Shown here piece after piece: positions 1-10,578 of a stretch of DNA of 64,000 nucleotides. Within the stretch, counting starts at the first letter, position 1. Each line of letters starts with the position of its first letter. This DNA comes from Candidatus Pelearchaeum maunauluense (GTDB lineage: Archaea; Thermoproteota; Nitrososphaeria_A; Caldarchaeales; Caldarchaeaceae). The notes beneath the pieces were generated by a model that was given only the letters and a program-made list of their open reading frames with translations, did no database searches and was not told the origin of the DNA. The position numbers were made by a program, and so were the translations under genes. The stretch is from NCBI GenBank assembly GCA_030059675.1, contig JANVYQ010000001.1:288001-352000 (forward strand). The letters are read 5' to 3'.

Positions 1-429
1 AACTATGTTGAAGTATTGGAGCAGGTAATTGACTATTCCGCTCTCGCCCAGTATGGGTATCCAGGCTATCGTCCTGACGTTCCAGTCTATCAGGAAAGGC
101 ACGAGGAGTAGGCTGATTATGAGGTTCCTCGTCTTTATGCTCTTTATCCTGAATGTCATGAAGTAGGCTGCTGGGTATCCTACGAGTAGTGCTACTAGGC
201 TGGCGAGTAATGACATCCCGAAGGTGTTGGCTAGGATTGTGGGCGTCTGTGGTGAGGTGAAGAACTCAATATAGTTCTCCACCGTGAATATGGGGTTGGT
301 GAAGCTGAACTCCTGCATGAAGCTTATCACAACGGTAAGGAGAAGTGGTATGACTAGAAAGAAGGCTATGACCAGCAGCCCAGGTAGCAGTAGTATATAG
401 TTCATTATCTTCGGCGGTCTGGTGCTCAT
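1..429 (-). CDS. ABC transporter permease, PotB-like (partial, runs off window start)
   Basis: Manual translation from ATG at 429: MSTRPPKIMNYILLLPGLL...FTVENY...GYPAAYFM...LLVPFLIDWNVRTIAW; hydrophobic; directly downstream of the PotA-like ATPase. Confidence 0.85.
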   Translation of the reverse strand, partial: MSTRPPKIMNYILLLPGLLVIAFFLVIPLLLTVVISFMQEFSFTNPIFTVENYIEFFTSPQTPTILANTFGMSLLASLVALLVGYPAAYFMTFRIKSIKTRNLIISLLLVPFLIDWNVRTIAWIPILGESGIVNYLLQYFNIV

Positions 430-430
430 C

Positions 431-1564
431 TCACTTCCCGTAGATAAGCTCCTCTATATCCACGCCCTCAACCACGCTGGGCTTGGACACGATAGTCGCC
501 TTCGTGTAGGGCCACGTAAGCGTGAGCTGTTCACCAACCTTGGCTGTGAAGGGCTCGTTGGCGGAGATTACCGACTTAACCCTTGTCTGCGCGTCTGCGC
601 TGAAGACAAGCTCTAGGAAGTGGCCGAAGTAGTAGTATGTGTTGAAATATACCGAGAGCCTGTTATCCTGGCCACTATCCTCCCTAGATACGCGCACATG
701 CTCCGGCCTGACGATGTATGCCACCCTCCTGCCGACGAGGTCGCGCGCGTTCTCCGTCGCTGGGTGGCGTGCCTTGAATGTGCCGAACTCCGTCTTAACC
801 CAAACCGCGTCTGGGGAGATCTCCTCAACGGTGCCCGCGAAGGTGTTGAGCTCGCCGACGAAGCGGGCTGCGAAGAGCGTCTGGGGGTCGTTGTATATCT
901 CTGTGGGCGTGCCTATCTGCTCCACTAGGCCGCTGTTCATTATGAGCATCCTATCAGCCAGGCTCAAACCATGCTCCTGGTCGTGTGTGGTGAGCATGAA
1001 GACGCCGCCAATCTCGCGGTGAACCTCCTTCAACATCTCCGCAAACTTGCGCTGTAGGCGGTAGTCAACGTGGCTGAGCGGCTCGTCCAGGAGGAGGACG
1101 CTGGGCCTTATTATGAGCGCCCGCGCCAGAGCTACGCGCTGTCTCTGGCCGCCGCTTATCTCGTTGGGCATCCTCTCCTCAAGCCCCTCAATATGGAGTA
1201 GGCGCGTCATCTTTCTCACCTCGCGGTCAATCTCATCCTTATCCTTGCCGAGCATCCTGAGGCCGAATGCTATGTTCTCATAGACGGTCATGTGGGGGAA
1301 GAGGGCGAAGTTCTCCAGCATCATGGAAACATCCCGCCTATGCGGCGGGACATTCTTCATATCCTCACCCTTGATGTAGAGCTCTCCAGAATCATAGTCA
1401 AGTATCCCCGCGATTATCCTCAGCAGGGTACTCTTACCACAGCCACTAGGCCCCATGATGATGAAGAACTCGTTCTCATCAACCTCAAACGAGATTTCCC
1501 TAAGTGCCTCTACAGCTCCTTTGTAGCGTTTGGCCAGTTTGCGGGCTTCTATGACCTTAGCCAC
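431..1564 (-). CDS. ABC transporter ATP-binding subunit, PotA/MalK-like with C-terminal TOBE domain
   Basis: Walker A GPSGCGKST, signature [15 protein letters not shown], Walker B LLLDEP, THDQ switch. Confidence 0.93.
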   Translation of the reverse strand: MAKVIEARKLAKRYKGAVEALREISFEVDENEFFIIMGPSGCGKSTLLRIIAGILDYDSGELYIKGEDMKNVPPHRRDVSMMLENFALFPHMTVYENIAFGLRMLGKDKDEIDREVRKMTRLLHIEGLEERMPNEISGGQRQRVALARALIIRPSVLLLDEPLSHVDYRLQRKFAEMLKEVHREIGGVFMLTTHDQEHGLSLADRMLIMNSGLVEQIGTPTEIYNDPQTLFAARFVGELNTFAGTVEEISPDAVWVKTEFGTFKARHPATENARDLVGRRVAYIVRPEHVRVSREDSGQDNRLSVYFNTYYYFGHFLELVFSADAQTRVKSVISANEPFTAKVGEQLTLTWPYTKATIVSKPSVVEGVDIEELIYGK

Positions 1565-1605
1565 GGCTACGCACCTCTGTGAGCGTGGTTGGCGTGTGGT
1601 TATGG

Positions 1606-2367
1606 CTATATGAAGCTGACTGTCTCCACCTCCTTAAACTGTGATGGTATCCTCCTGTATTTGGGGCGTGGTGTGGGGTATGATGTTCTGCTGTGGCTTA
1701 TGCCCATAGACACTAGCATCTCCGCATACTTGACCTGCGCTATCCCAGGGTCTATGACAGGTATCCCAACAGCATCCTGAACCTCCCGCGCCATTCCAAT
1801 CATACCCGTGCATCCAAGTATAGCCACATCAGCCCCATCCTGCTCAACAGCCTTACGCGTCTCCTCCACAAGGAGGCGCCTAACCTCATCCCGCTTCTTC
1901 TCCAAATCCAAGACAGGGACATTAACATAACGGACTGAAGCAAGCCTATGGTTAAACCCATACTCCCTAACCTTCCTGGAGAAGAGGGGTAGAGTCTCTT
2001 TCAAGACCGTTACTATTGAGAATTTCTCACCAAGAGTGGATGCTATGCTCATCGTGGCTATGAGTGGGCCTACCACAGGCTTGTTCACCGCCTCGCGTAC
2101 CGAGTGGAGCGCGGGGTCTCCCATACAGTCTATTATTATCGCGTCATAATCCTGCTTCGCCGCGCGTACTGCTTTCTCAACTATCCAGGGCGCGGCCAGC
2201 TCCTCATCAATATATGTCTCTATTGAAGCTGGTCCGAAATCCAGCGCGTCTACGACGAACTTTGTTCCTGGGCTTACTGCACGCTTAATCTCCTCCCACG
2301 TGACTGGCTCTAAGTCGCTGTTCTTCAGGATTGGGAGCAGCACGTATAGTTTCATGTTGCGGCTCAC
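1606..2367 (-). CDS. Asp/Glu/hydantoin racemase family protein
   Basis: GPASIE, IIDCMGDP and LGCTGM motifs carrying the two catalytic Cys. Confidence 0.88.
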   Translation of the reverse strand: MSRNMKLYVLLPILKNSDLEPVTWEEIKRAVSPGTKFVVDALDFGPASIETYIDEELAAPWIVEKAVRAAKQDYDAIIIDCMGDPALHSVREAVNKPVVGPLIATMSIASTLGEKFSIVTVLKETLPLFSRKVREYGFNHRLASVRYVNVPVLDLEKKRDEVRRLLVEETRKAVEQDGADVAILGCTGMIGMAREVQDAVGIPVIDPGIAQVKYAEMLVSMGISHSRTSYPTPRPKYRRIPSQFKEVETVSFI

Positions 2368-2445
2368 TCGCTAAACTTCGGAAAGATACTTTATATATCT
2401 TTCTTTAAGATTATTAGAAAATATATGGTCGTTGCTTAGGGTATT

Positions 2446-4035
2446 TTATGCCTGGAGCTCGCCGGCAGCCTTGATGCGCACGCGGACGGCGTTGCTGGGT
2501 AAGTATGTCAGGAAGACCTCGTCAATGTCCACGACTTCTACAGTATCCTTCTTAGCTCCAGCTTTAACGGCCTCCTCCACCGCGAGTTGTTTAGCGCGGT
2601 TCATGACCTCGCTCCTGCTCGTGTTGTCCAGTGAGAAGACCTTCTCAATCTCGCCTCCAACCTGGGCTATCGCCGCGCCGAGGGCGTTGGCGTACTGGAA
2701 TGCCTGCGGCCTAATCACCTTAGACACGCCCCTGATGGAGTCGTACCTCTCAGGGGGTATGATTATCCCGCCGCCCCCGACGAGAACCATGGGCATATCC
2801 TCCTTCCGCGTCTTCACACGCTCAACAGCATCCTCAAGCATGGCCACTATCTTGTTCGCAACCCTCTCCAGCGTTGGGCGGTCTAGGCTCTTTAGACGCT
2901 CAGGCTTCACGTTGGGCTCTTCTATCCTGGCGTAGCCCAGCGCTATCGCCACGTCGGTAGTGGTGAGCGTGTCCCCTCCCCACGCGATCGCGCGCTTCTC
3001 CAGCTCGTAGCCGACGCTCTCAGGTCCTATGCTGAAGCCGTCTCCAGAGAGCTTGACGACAGTTCCGCCGCCGCAGCCGAAGGATACTAGGTCTGGCATT
3101 CTGAAGTTTGTGCGCACACCGCCAACCTCAACTGCCGCGGCAGACTGGCGTGGGAAACCGTTAACCAGCATGCCAGCGAGCATCGTGGTGCCCCCAATAT
3201 CAACCACTATCGCATCTTTGAGGTTCGTCAGGAATGAGGCGCCCCTAAAGCTGTTGGTCGGGCCAGAAGCTATCGTGAGTATCGGATACTGCTTCGCGTA
3301 CTCAACAGACATGAGCGTCCCGTCGTTCTGCGAGAAGTAGAGCTTTGCATGGATGTCGCGCTCCTCGCATGCTTTCTGTATCGCTTCGGTGGCTGACTGA
3401 GCCACCTTAAACAGCGCAGCGTTAAGTATCGTCGCGTTCTCCCTCTCAATCAGCCCTATCCTGCCTATCTTATGCGAGAGCGAGATATGGACACCATCTC
3501 CAGCCAGCTCGCGGATTATGTCATGGACGCGCTGCTCCTGCTCTGGTATGACTGGAGAGAAGACCCCAGATACCGCGAATGCTTCTGCGCCCTTCTGGAG
3601 AGCGTCCCTCACAGCGGCCCTAACCTCACCATCGCTAAACTCCCCTATCTTCCTACCATCATAGTCGTAGCCGCCCTTCACCGTGTACCAAAGCTCGCCG
3701 CCGAGAGCGCTGCGCAGGTCGTGTGGCCACCTATACATGGGCGGGATAGCCTTCCCAGCAGGCTCGCAGATACGTATAACAGCAACACGCGCGAGCCTCC
3801 TCCTCTCGGTAATCGCGTTTATACAGTGAGTAGTCCCAATCATCACATACCTTATATCAGAGACGGAAACGCCGCTGGTCTCCAACGCCAAGTCAAGGCT
3901 GGCGATTATCCCCTGAGTAACGTCTGGCGTGGTGTTCGTCTTCACCGCCGCTATAATCTCGTTCTTATCCGAGACTATGACCGCATCAGTATGCGTGCCG
4001 CCCACGTCAATACCAACCTTCAACGCCATACACAA
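2446..4035 (-). CDS. Hydantoinase/oxoprolinase A family protein
   Basis: GIDVGGTHTD, SGPTNS, VVDIGGTT and NALGAA motifs. Confidence 0.9.
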   Translation of the reverse strand: MCMALKVGIDVGGTHTDAVIVSDKNEIIAAVKTNTTPDVTQGIIASLDLALETSGVSVSDIRYVMIGTTHCINAITERRRLARVAVIRICEPAGKAIPPMYRWPHDLRSALGGELWYTVKGGYDYDGRKIGEFSDGEVRAAVRDALQKGAEAFAVSGVFSPVIPEQEQRVHDIIRELAGDGVHISLSHKIGRIGLIERENATILNAALFKVAQSATEAIQKACEERDIHAKLYFSQNDGTLMSVEYAKQYPILTIASGPTNSFRGASFLTNLKDAIVVDIGGTTMLAGMLVNGFPRQSAAAVEVGGVRTNFRMPDLVSFGCGGGTVVKLSGDGFSIGPESVGYELEKRAIAWGGDTLTTTDVAIALGYARIEEPNVKPERLKSLDRPTLERVANKIVAMLEDAVERVKTRKEDMPMVLVGGGGIIIPPERYDSIRGVSKVIRPQAFQYANALGAAIAQVGGEIEKVFSLDNTSRSEVMNRAKQLAVEEAVKAGAKKDTVEVVDIDEVFLTYLPSNAVRVRIKAAGELQA

Positions 4036-5199
4036 TCACCCAAGCCTCTCACGGTACTTCTTCTCCTTCTCAGGCGGGAGGCGGGCTCTCCGATAATACT
4101 CCCTATGGAGCAGCTCCAGCGGCGTGAAGTCAAAGTCGTAGCCAAAGTATCTGGGGCCCCATACCTTTAGAGCCTCTGGAGTCCTCATTATCTCTGGTGT
4201 CGGTATTCCTATCACCATGACCCTGAAGCCGTAACGTAGGTTCTCCGTCGTTATCGGGAGAGCTCTCTCCATGTCTAGTATTGAGATTATGTCTGGGACT
4301 GAGGCGATTACTTTCCCGTCAACCTTGGCCACGAGGTTCTCGTTTTGGAATGTGATTGAGAGCCTGCTTCCCTGATACTCGTCCAGCCCCTCTATCTCCA
4401 CGCGGCCTACTGCGAAGCCAGCGGTGGTTTGCCTCTCTATGTCTATAATCTTCCCGCGGAAGAGCGGTATGGCCTTCCCGTAGTTCGTCTCCTCGGTAAC
4501 CTCCATAACCCTCTCCAGCGGCGTCTTCCCCGTCTTTGCCGCATGTCGTATAGCGTCGCCTATCTTTATCGCTAGCGAGACGCTGTAGTGTATCCCGGTT
4601 CTCTTCACCTGCTCGCCTGTCATGGCGTACTCGGCCAGGTGGGAGGCGCCTCCCATCCTGATTGTGATTCCGCGCGCGAGCCACTCAAGCTGGTAGTTAT
4701 CTACCGACTCTATGATGCATGAGTTTCCACGCTCATCGGACACGACGGCGGGAGCGCCGCTTATGCCGTATATGTGGAAGGTCTCCATCTGGAGCTCCGG
4801 GAATGCTCTACCCATCCCATCTGCATCAACCACTGGAAGCCCAGTCCTCGCGGCCACGTTGAACGGCATCGTAGAGTTTATCCCGCCAGACTCAATCGGC
4901 ATAGTGGCGTCTGCCTTCCTGCCGAGATGCTTCTCCAGCTTACGCATAGACCTAACAGTCTCCTCTCCAGACGGTATCCTCTCGTTCATTATCGTTGGAG
5001 CGCCCATCATGGCCGTCGGTATGATGAACATGTCGTCTGGAATCTTGTTGGGGTCTAGAAGCTCCACCTCACCATGCTCCTCTATGGCGCGCATCGCCAT
5101 CAGCATCCCCACGTAGGGGTCTCCTCCTCCCCCAGCTCCCAATATAGCCGCTCCTATAGCTAGGCTCTCCAGCTCATCAACACCAACCTTCACAATCAA
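4036..5199 (-). CDS. DUF917 family protein (thiohydantoin desulfurase-like)
   Basis: LGAGGGGDP, ESGGINS, DADGMGRAFPELQM and FQNENL...PDII motifs; next to hydantoinase A. Confidence 0.85.
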   Translation of the reverse strand: MIVKVGVDELESLAIGAAILGAGGGGDPYVGMLMAMRAIEEHGEVELLDPNKIPDDMFIIPTAMMGAPTIMNERIPSGEETVRSMRKLEKHLGRKADATMPIESGGINSTMPFNVAARTGLPVVDADGMGRAFPELQMETFHIYGISGAPAVVSDERGNSCIIESVDNYQLEWLARGITIRMGGASHLAEYAMTGEQVKRTGIHYSVSLAIKIGDAIRHAAKTGKTPLERVMEVTEETNYGKAIPLFRGKIIDIERQTTAGFAVGRVEIEGLDEYQGSRLSITFQNENLVAKVDGKVIASVPDIISILDMERALPITTENLRYGFRVMVIGIPTPEIMRTPEALKVWGPRYFGYDFDFTPLELLHREYYRRARLPPEKEKKYRERLG

Positions 5200-5207
5200 G
5201 CCACCCC

Positions 5208-5519
5208 CTAGCGCCTACCTCGCCTAGCCTTCATCTCATCAACACAAAGAGCTATCAGCCTGTCAATAAGAGCGACAAACTTCTCCTCAGACTCCATCAC
5301 AACATACTTCTCGCGGTCAATCATCTCCTTAACCTCGCTCAGAAACTTGTCAAACTTCTCCCCCTCTATCTTCTGGCCAAGGGCTAGAACCTTGCTCGCG
5401 CCATCAACGAGGCGTAGGGGGCCGTAGATATGCGGCTCATCAACACAGCCGCGCGCCGCTGTGAGGAAGAAGAGCGTAAGGTCCATGAAGTCTTGGCTCA
5501 GCTGCTTCCCACTCATCAC
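5208..5519 (-). CDS. Small helical protein, DUF6092-like
   Basis: ARGCVDEPHIYGPLRLVD motif; translationally coupled within the operon. Confidence 0.6.
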   Translation of the reverse strand: MMSGKQLSQDFMDLTLFFLTAARGCVDEPHIYGPLRLVDGASKVLALGQKIEGEKFDKFLSEVKEMIDREKYVVMESEEKFVALIDRLIALCVDEMKARRGRR

Positions 5520-6046
5520 AGCTCCACCCCATGCCTGTTCAGATACGTTATACTTCCTCCTTCGCGGCGTTTCAACGGTTTTGGCCTATCCTTTGCTGGG
5601 TAGCCAACTTGCAGGAGCACGTCGGTCCTGAAGGTGTCTGGTATGTCCAGAACCTTCCTAATGCCGACCTCGCTGTATGACTTGGTGAAGCATGTTCCAA
5701 GCCCCATGGCGACCGCGGCTATGGCTGCGTTCTCCGCGGCGGCTCCAGAATCTATCAACGAGCAGACATCGCGGCCAAGCCTGCCGAGGCCGTGCTCAGC
5801 CACCTCCAGGTCTGTGTATATCAGCAGGGCTGCTGGGGCGTTGCTCAGAAAGCCAGGCGCTATCTTCCTAATCATGTCAATCGTATCGGGGTCGTCTATC
5901 ACCATGACGCGGCGGTATGGCGTGTTCCCGCCAGTAGGAGCCTTATGAGCAGCCCACGCTAGCTGTAGCAGCTTATCACGCTCAACTGGCTTGTCCTCGT
6001 AGTGCCGCACCGCTACACGCTTCCTAATAGCATCAAATACATTCAC
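5516..6046 (-). CDS. Nitroreductase family protein
   Basis: AIRKRVAVRHY, AAHKAPTGGN, AMGLGTC and VGYP motifs. Confidence 0.88.
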   Translation of the reverse strand: MNVFDAIRKRVAVRHYEDKPVERDKLLQLAWAAHKAPTGGNTPYRRVMVIDDPDTIDMIRKIAPGFLSNAPAALLIYTDLEVAEHGLGRLGRDVCSLIDSGAAAENAAIAAVAMGLGTCFTKSYSEVGIRKVLDIPDTFRTDVLLQVGYPAKDRPKPLKRREGGSITYLNRHGVEL

Positions 6047-6179
6047 GCGACGTAGCGTTGAATGGGATTTTATAATCTTTAAGAGGCAGGCCTGGTAGAG
6101 GCGAAGATAATATAGGTGGCTACGGCTTTGTCTTTGAAGGTATTAACAATCCTTAATGAGGAGAGCCTAACCTTCTCTG

Positions 6180-7712
6180 CTAGTAGCTAGACTTGGAGGC
6201 TGGATACACATCAACCTCCAGCTTCATCCTACGCGCCGTCTTCAGAACCTTATTCTGGCACTTCTTGAAGTAAGTCCTGAGCTGCTCCTCTGGTATGTAT
6301 ATCCTAGCCGTGTCGTTCTCCAGCTCTATCGTATAGTCCTCAATATGCCTCGCGAGTATCTGGCTGATAATCTTCACCCTCTTGTCCTCTGGCTTCTTCT
6401 CCTTAATCGGGACGAAGAAGACACGCTCACCGAAGACGTATAGCTCATGCTCAGGCTCGTCGGTCAGAAAGTTCTTCACTATAACAGTCGGCCTAGCGAG
6501 GTCTGCGCGCTTAAGGCCTGTGGGAACCTTCACGCTCACCTCAAGCGTGTGAATGCTCGCGACGCTCCCCTTATTCATGAAGATAAGAGTATCAACGATT
6601 GAGGGGAGTATCCCAATATCCACCTTGTTGGCAACCCTGTGGAGAGCGTCAATAGGAGAGCTGGCGTGGATTACTCCTATCATCCCAATACCAGCGTAGC
6701 GCAGGTCTATGTAGATGTCAAAGTCAGCCTGCTCCCGCATCTCGTCAAAAACAGTATAGTCAGGCCTACTCAACAAGAGAACATGATGAAGCTCGTTATC
6801 CTTTGAGGCGCTCTTGGAGTACTGCGTTATGTCTGGCGGTAGCTTGAGGTCGCGCGGGCTCTCAATAGTCTTCACAACCTTATTGAGGTTGCGGTAGTAT
6901 TCAGCCAGCGCCTGGGCGAAGGTTGACTTACCCATCCCAGGAGGCCCAGCTATCAGTATCCCCTCAGCACGCACCGCGAGCCTCTCCATAACGCGGGTAG
7001 GTAGCTGATAGTCCTCAAGCCTAACACGCACCATTGGCTTAACGACAGTAATCTCCATACCATCGGAGAGCGGAGGCCGCGTAATCACCACACGATAGTC
7101 GCCGAGCTGGAGTATCGTCAAGTCAGGCTTATCAATCTCTATGAACGTCTCAGTCCCCAGATTATCATAAGCCTTCTGCATGATATGCGCTATCATGGAC
7201 TCTATCGCTATCCTATCCATCACGCGGCTGTCTATCTCTTGGAATACCCAGCTTCCTGGGTGGCCGCGCTTTATCCTAGGCGGGAGCCCCTCCTTCAGGT
7301 GGAGGCTCATCACATCGCTGGTGAATATCTCATCTATGTTGAGCGGGGGCTCTGGTATCACATACCTGCACCTAACACCCATGGCCTCAGCGACGCGGGC
7401 AGTTATCGGGTCTGATGTGAGGAAGGTAAGGCCATTCTCGCGGCAGTACTCTAAGAGCGTCTCGCGCCAGCCAGCATCATGGGAGACGCTCCCCACAAAC
7501 TCAACAACGACGCCATGCTTGTTGCTCTCCTCGGTAAGCCTACGCAGCCCATCCAAAGCAGCAGTATCGCCGCTAAAAGCACGCTCCTCAACCCGCTTAA
7601 GCAGGGCGCGGTGTATCAGGAGCCTAACCGCTCCCCCACCATCACCCAAGAACCCGCGAGCCGCATCAAGCCTGAGAGCAGACTCGTCTGGGAGTATCCT
7701 CTCCTGAACCAT
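6180..7712 (-). CDS. PIN-domain P-loop ATPase with KH-like C-terminus (PINA, Holliday-junction branch migration)
   Basis: Degenerate PIN N-terminus (ILPDES..FLTSD), GILIAGPPGMGKSTFAQALA, KTIESPRDL, RPDYTVFDEMR, GVIHA. Confidence 0.85.
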   Translation of the reverse strand: MVQERILPDESALRLDAARGFLGDGGGAVRLLIHRALLKRVEERAFSGDTAALDGLRRLTEESNKHGVVVEFVGSVSHDAGWRETLLEYCRENGLTFLTSDPITARVAEAMGVRCRYVIPEPPLNIDEIFTSDVMSLHLKEGLPPRIKRGHPGSWVFQEIDSRVMDRIAIESMIAHIMQKAYDNLGTETFIEIDKPDLTILQLGDYRVVITRPPLSDGMEITVVKPMVRVRLEDYQLPTRVMERLAVRAEGILIAGPPGMGKSTFAQALAEYYRNLNKVVKTIESPRDLKLPPDITQYSKSASKDNELHHVLLLSRPDYTVFDEMREQADFDIYIDLRYAGIGMIGVIHASSPIDALHRVANKVDIGILPSIVDTLIFMNKGSVASIHTLEVSVKVPTGLKRADLARPTVIVKNFLTDEPEHELYVFGERVFFVPIKEKKPEDKRVKIISQILARHIEDYTIELENDTARIYIPEEQLRTYFKKCQNKVLKTARRMKLEVDVYPASKSSY

Positions 7713-7878
7713 CCCTTCCCCTTTAACTCAACCCAAACAACCACACGCCACCTATTAAATTGATGGCATCACAGCCGAGGCACGTTTAGAGCTCCCTAGC
7801 TTCCAAAACTCCCAAATTTAAAGAGAATAGCCCCAACAGAATATCAATATATGAGACTAGCTCAATAGATGGTGAGGA

Positions 7879-8256
7879 TTGGTAGAGAAGATACCAAGCT
7901 GGATTGAGAGGCTCTTACTCCCAAAACTAAGCGAAATAGCAGGAGAGTTAAAGGCGGTCAACACTAGAATTGACTCGGTTGAACGGCGTATAGATTCTGT
8001 TGAGAAGCGGCTTGAGAGCTTTGAGACGCGCATAGGCTCTCTTGAACTACGCGTTGGCTCTGTTGAGAAACACGTAGAACGTTTAGAGAATCAGCTCAAC
8101 ACATTACACAAAACTATGGATGACAGGCTCACCAGCCTAAGAGGGGAGATGCTAGCAAAATTTGAGATGCTCAACACGAGGCTTCAAGTTACTGAGCATA
8201 TAGCCACGCTTGAGGCAAAGATTAGGGAAATTGAGAGTAAGCTGGCAAAAGAATAA
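7879..8256 (+). CDS. Heptad-repeat coiled-coil protein
   Basis: RIDSVERRIDSVEKRLESFETRIGSLELRVGSVEK; GGTGAGG RBS before the TTG start. Confidence 0.7.
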   Translation: MVEKIPSWIERLLLPKLSEIAGELKAVNTRIDSVERRIDSVEKRLESFETRIGSLELRVGSVEKHVERLENQLNTLHKTMDDRLTSLRGEMLAKFEMLNTRLQVTEHIATLEAKIREIESKLAKE

Positions 8257-8394
8257 CATCATCACTATTCAAATTTCCAGCGTGTTTTTTCTTCGTGCTC
8301 CTCTGAATATTCGTAGGAAGAGGATGATGAGGAGTATTGCGAGGACTATGATTATGAATTTTCCCTGTACCGCTAGTGCTGCCACGTCTCTCCC

Positions 8395-9486
8395 TTACCC
8401 TGCTAGTATTGTGTTTAGGCTGCGTATTAGTTTGTTGTTTTGTGTTGGTAGTCCTATGCTTATCCGTAGGCAGTTCTCCAGCCCCTTTACGTGTGAGAGT
8501 TTTCTGACAACTAGGCCGCGTTGCATGAGTTTTTCATGAACCTCGTCTGCGTTGTGTTTGTGTAGTTTTATCAGTATGAAGTTGGCCTCTGACGGGTATG
8601 CTGTTATTGTGCTGTTTTTCTGGAGTTCTTTATAGATGCGCTCTCTTTCTGCCAGGGTTGCTTCCACCATGCGCTTGAGCTGCCGTAGGTCGTGGAGGGC
8701 TGTGCTCGCTAGGGCTAGTGAGATTATGCTCAGGCTATTTGGTGGTCTTGCTTTGTTGAGCTCGCGCACAGTCTCCTCGGCAGCTATGATATACCCAACA
8801 CGCGCCCCAGCCAGAGCGAACGCCTTAGAGAATGTCCTGACTATGATGAGGTTGCTGTAGCTGTTGGTGAGCTTTGCGAATGTCTTGCCGCAGTACTCGT
8901 AGTATGCCTCGTCAACGACTACTGTGGCGTTGCTCTCTTCAAGCACCTGTCGGAGGGCTTTCTCGTCTGTTGTGTTTCCCGTCGGGTTGTTGGGGCTGCA
9001 TAGGAAGACCAGCCTGGCCTCCTCGCCTCTACATGCCGCGATTATTCCCTCTATGTTGTCGCTGAAGTCTTCGTGTCTCTGGATGAATATTGCCCTACCC
9101 CCCATGAGCTCGGTTGCGACCCTGAAGTATGAGTATGTAGGCGCCGAGATTACTGCCGCGCTCCCCTGGTCTAGGAACGTCTTTACAACGATATCCAAGG
9201 CCTCGTCAGCCCCGTTGGTTATGACGAAGCGCTCAACATCCATGCCCGTGTATTTTGAGAGGTCTTCGCGTAGTGCGCGGTATGATGTGTCTGGGTAGAG
9301 GTTTACCCGCATATTCTCCAGGTTCTTGGCTATTTTGGCGAGCCATTTCCTTGGGGTGTAGGGCGATGTGTTTAGGTCTAGGCGCGCTACTTGGCTCGGT
9401 CTTAGGCCGTATCGCCGCGCTATCTCGCTGGTTGAGGGCTCCCAGGAGTATGGCTCAAACTGCTGTATGAGTTGCCGTGTCTTCAT
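8395..9486 (-). CDS. hisC: Histidinol-phosphate aminotransferase
   Basis: NGADE, CSPNNPTG, VVDEAYYEY, RTFSKAFALAGARVGY, LRISIG. Confidence 0.9.
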   Translation of the reverse strand: MKTRQLIQQFEPYSWEPSTSEIARRYGLRPSQVARLDLNTSPYTPRKWLAKIAKNLENMRVNLYPDTSYRALREDLSKYTGMDVERFVITNGADEALDIVVKTFLDQGSAAVISAPTYSYFRVATELMGGRAIFIQRHEDFSDNIEGIIAACRGEEARLVFLCSPNNPTGNTTDEKALRQVLEESNATVVVDEAYYEYCGKTFAKLTNSYSNLIIVRTFSKAFALAGARVGYIIAAEETVRELNKARPPNSLSIISLALASTALHDLRQLKRMVEATLAERERIYKELQKNSTITAYPSEANFILIKLHKHNADEVHEKLMQRGLVVRKLSHVKGLENCLRISIGLPTQNNKLIRSLNTILAG

Positions 9487-9528
9487 GCTGCCCGCATGCT
9501 TACTAGAGCGTGGTAATATCCGTTGCCT

Positions 9529-10578
9529 TCACCAGCTCCAGAACCTCTCCACTACTACGCCGCTGCGCGGCTCCCGTATAGCGGAATATACTGCCAGGGC
9601 TAGTGAGATTACGTAGTCGTCATGCACTCCTTCGGGGGCTTCGTAGCGTGTCCCGCCCTTCCCCAGCTTCCTCTGGAACATGCTGAGATGATTTATCAGC
9701 TCAGTCGCGTCCGCTGGTATTGTTAGCCGCCTGTTCTGGATTAGGTTGCAGAGGGTAGTCTCTAGAGCTTCCTTGATGCTTGAGGTTATAGTAATCCCCT
9801 CGGTCTGCGGCAACTTTGACGCGAGCCGCTCATAGAGCGGCAGCCCCATCCCAGTCTTATCAACAGCTATGCACACAGGCCTAAGCCGCGCCCCCGCATC
9901 CTCAATAACTCTTAGCTGCTGGCTGAAGTCTGCTCCGCGGAGCTCGCGTAGGTATATTATGCGCAGGCCACCATCGGGCAGTAGCTCCACGCCCGTTATG
10001 ACCGTTGAGTCGCGGTATCTCCCGAAGTCTATGCCCATGAAGACTGGGTTCTCCACGCGCTCAGGCTCAGGAGTATAGTCCGAGACGCATGCGAGTATGG
10101 CGTCGTATGGTATGAGGGCGCCGCGCTCGTCCAGAAACTCCAGCTCCATCTCCTGCCTAAACTCGGTATGCGTTAGTATTGTGCGGAGCTCTCTAATCTC
10201 TTCCTCGCTTATGTGCCTGCATTCGGAGTAGTGAGCGCTGTGTAGGCTCCAGCCCTTTTTCTTCCTTCCCGCTTGGTATGCTTCGTAGAACCAGCCTCTC
10301 TTTCCCTTTGGTGTGGAGATTAGCGTTATCCTCCCGCGTTGGGCTGTTGTTGTGAAGGCTGTCGCTGTCTTGAGCTGGAAGTCGTCTCTGAACATGGCTG
10401 CCTCGTCTATGTAGATGTGGTCGGCGCGGTAGCCTCTCACGCCATCAGGGTTGTTGGGCAGGCTAACTATCCGCGAGCTGTTTGGAAACTCCACACGCGT
10501 CCGCGTCTCGCTCACAACAGCGCTGAAACGATACACCTCACCCTCAAAACGGATGCTAACATCCTGGAAGCTCCTCAA
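9529..10578 (-). pseudogene. Phage terminase large subunit, N-terminally truncated (provirus remnant)
   Basis: Walker B GVRGYRADHIYIDEAA, LISTPKG..GWFY, nuclease motifs MGIDFGRYRDST, VDKTGMG and HDDYVISLALA; no Walker A present. Confidence 0.85.

Noticed and set aside
3472-4170. Long shadow ORFs (for example 3472-4170, 39999-40688, 63040-63732)
   Set aside because: They are antisense or alternate-frame to well-supported genes and contain no motifs
6180-7712. Secretion or pilus ATPase of a conjugative element
   Set aside because: The PIN-ATPase-KH layout matches housekeeping PINA; no pilin or T4SS genes nearby
7960-8100. DNA tandem repeat in the coiled-coil gene
   Set aside because: Degenerate 21-bp periodicity is explained by the protein heptads
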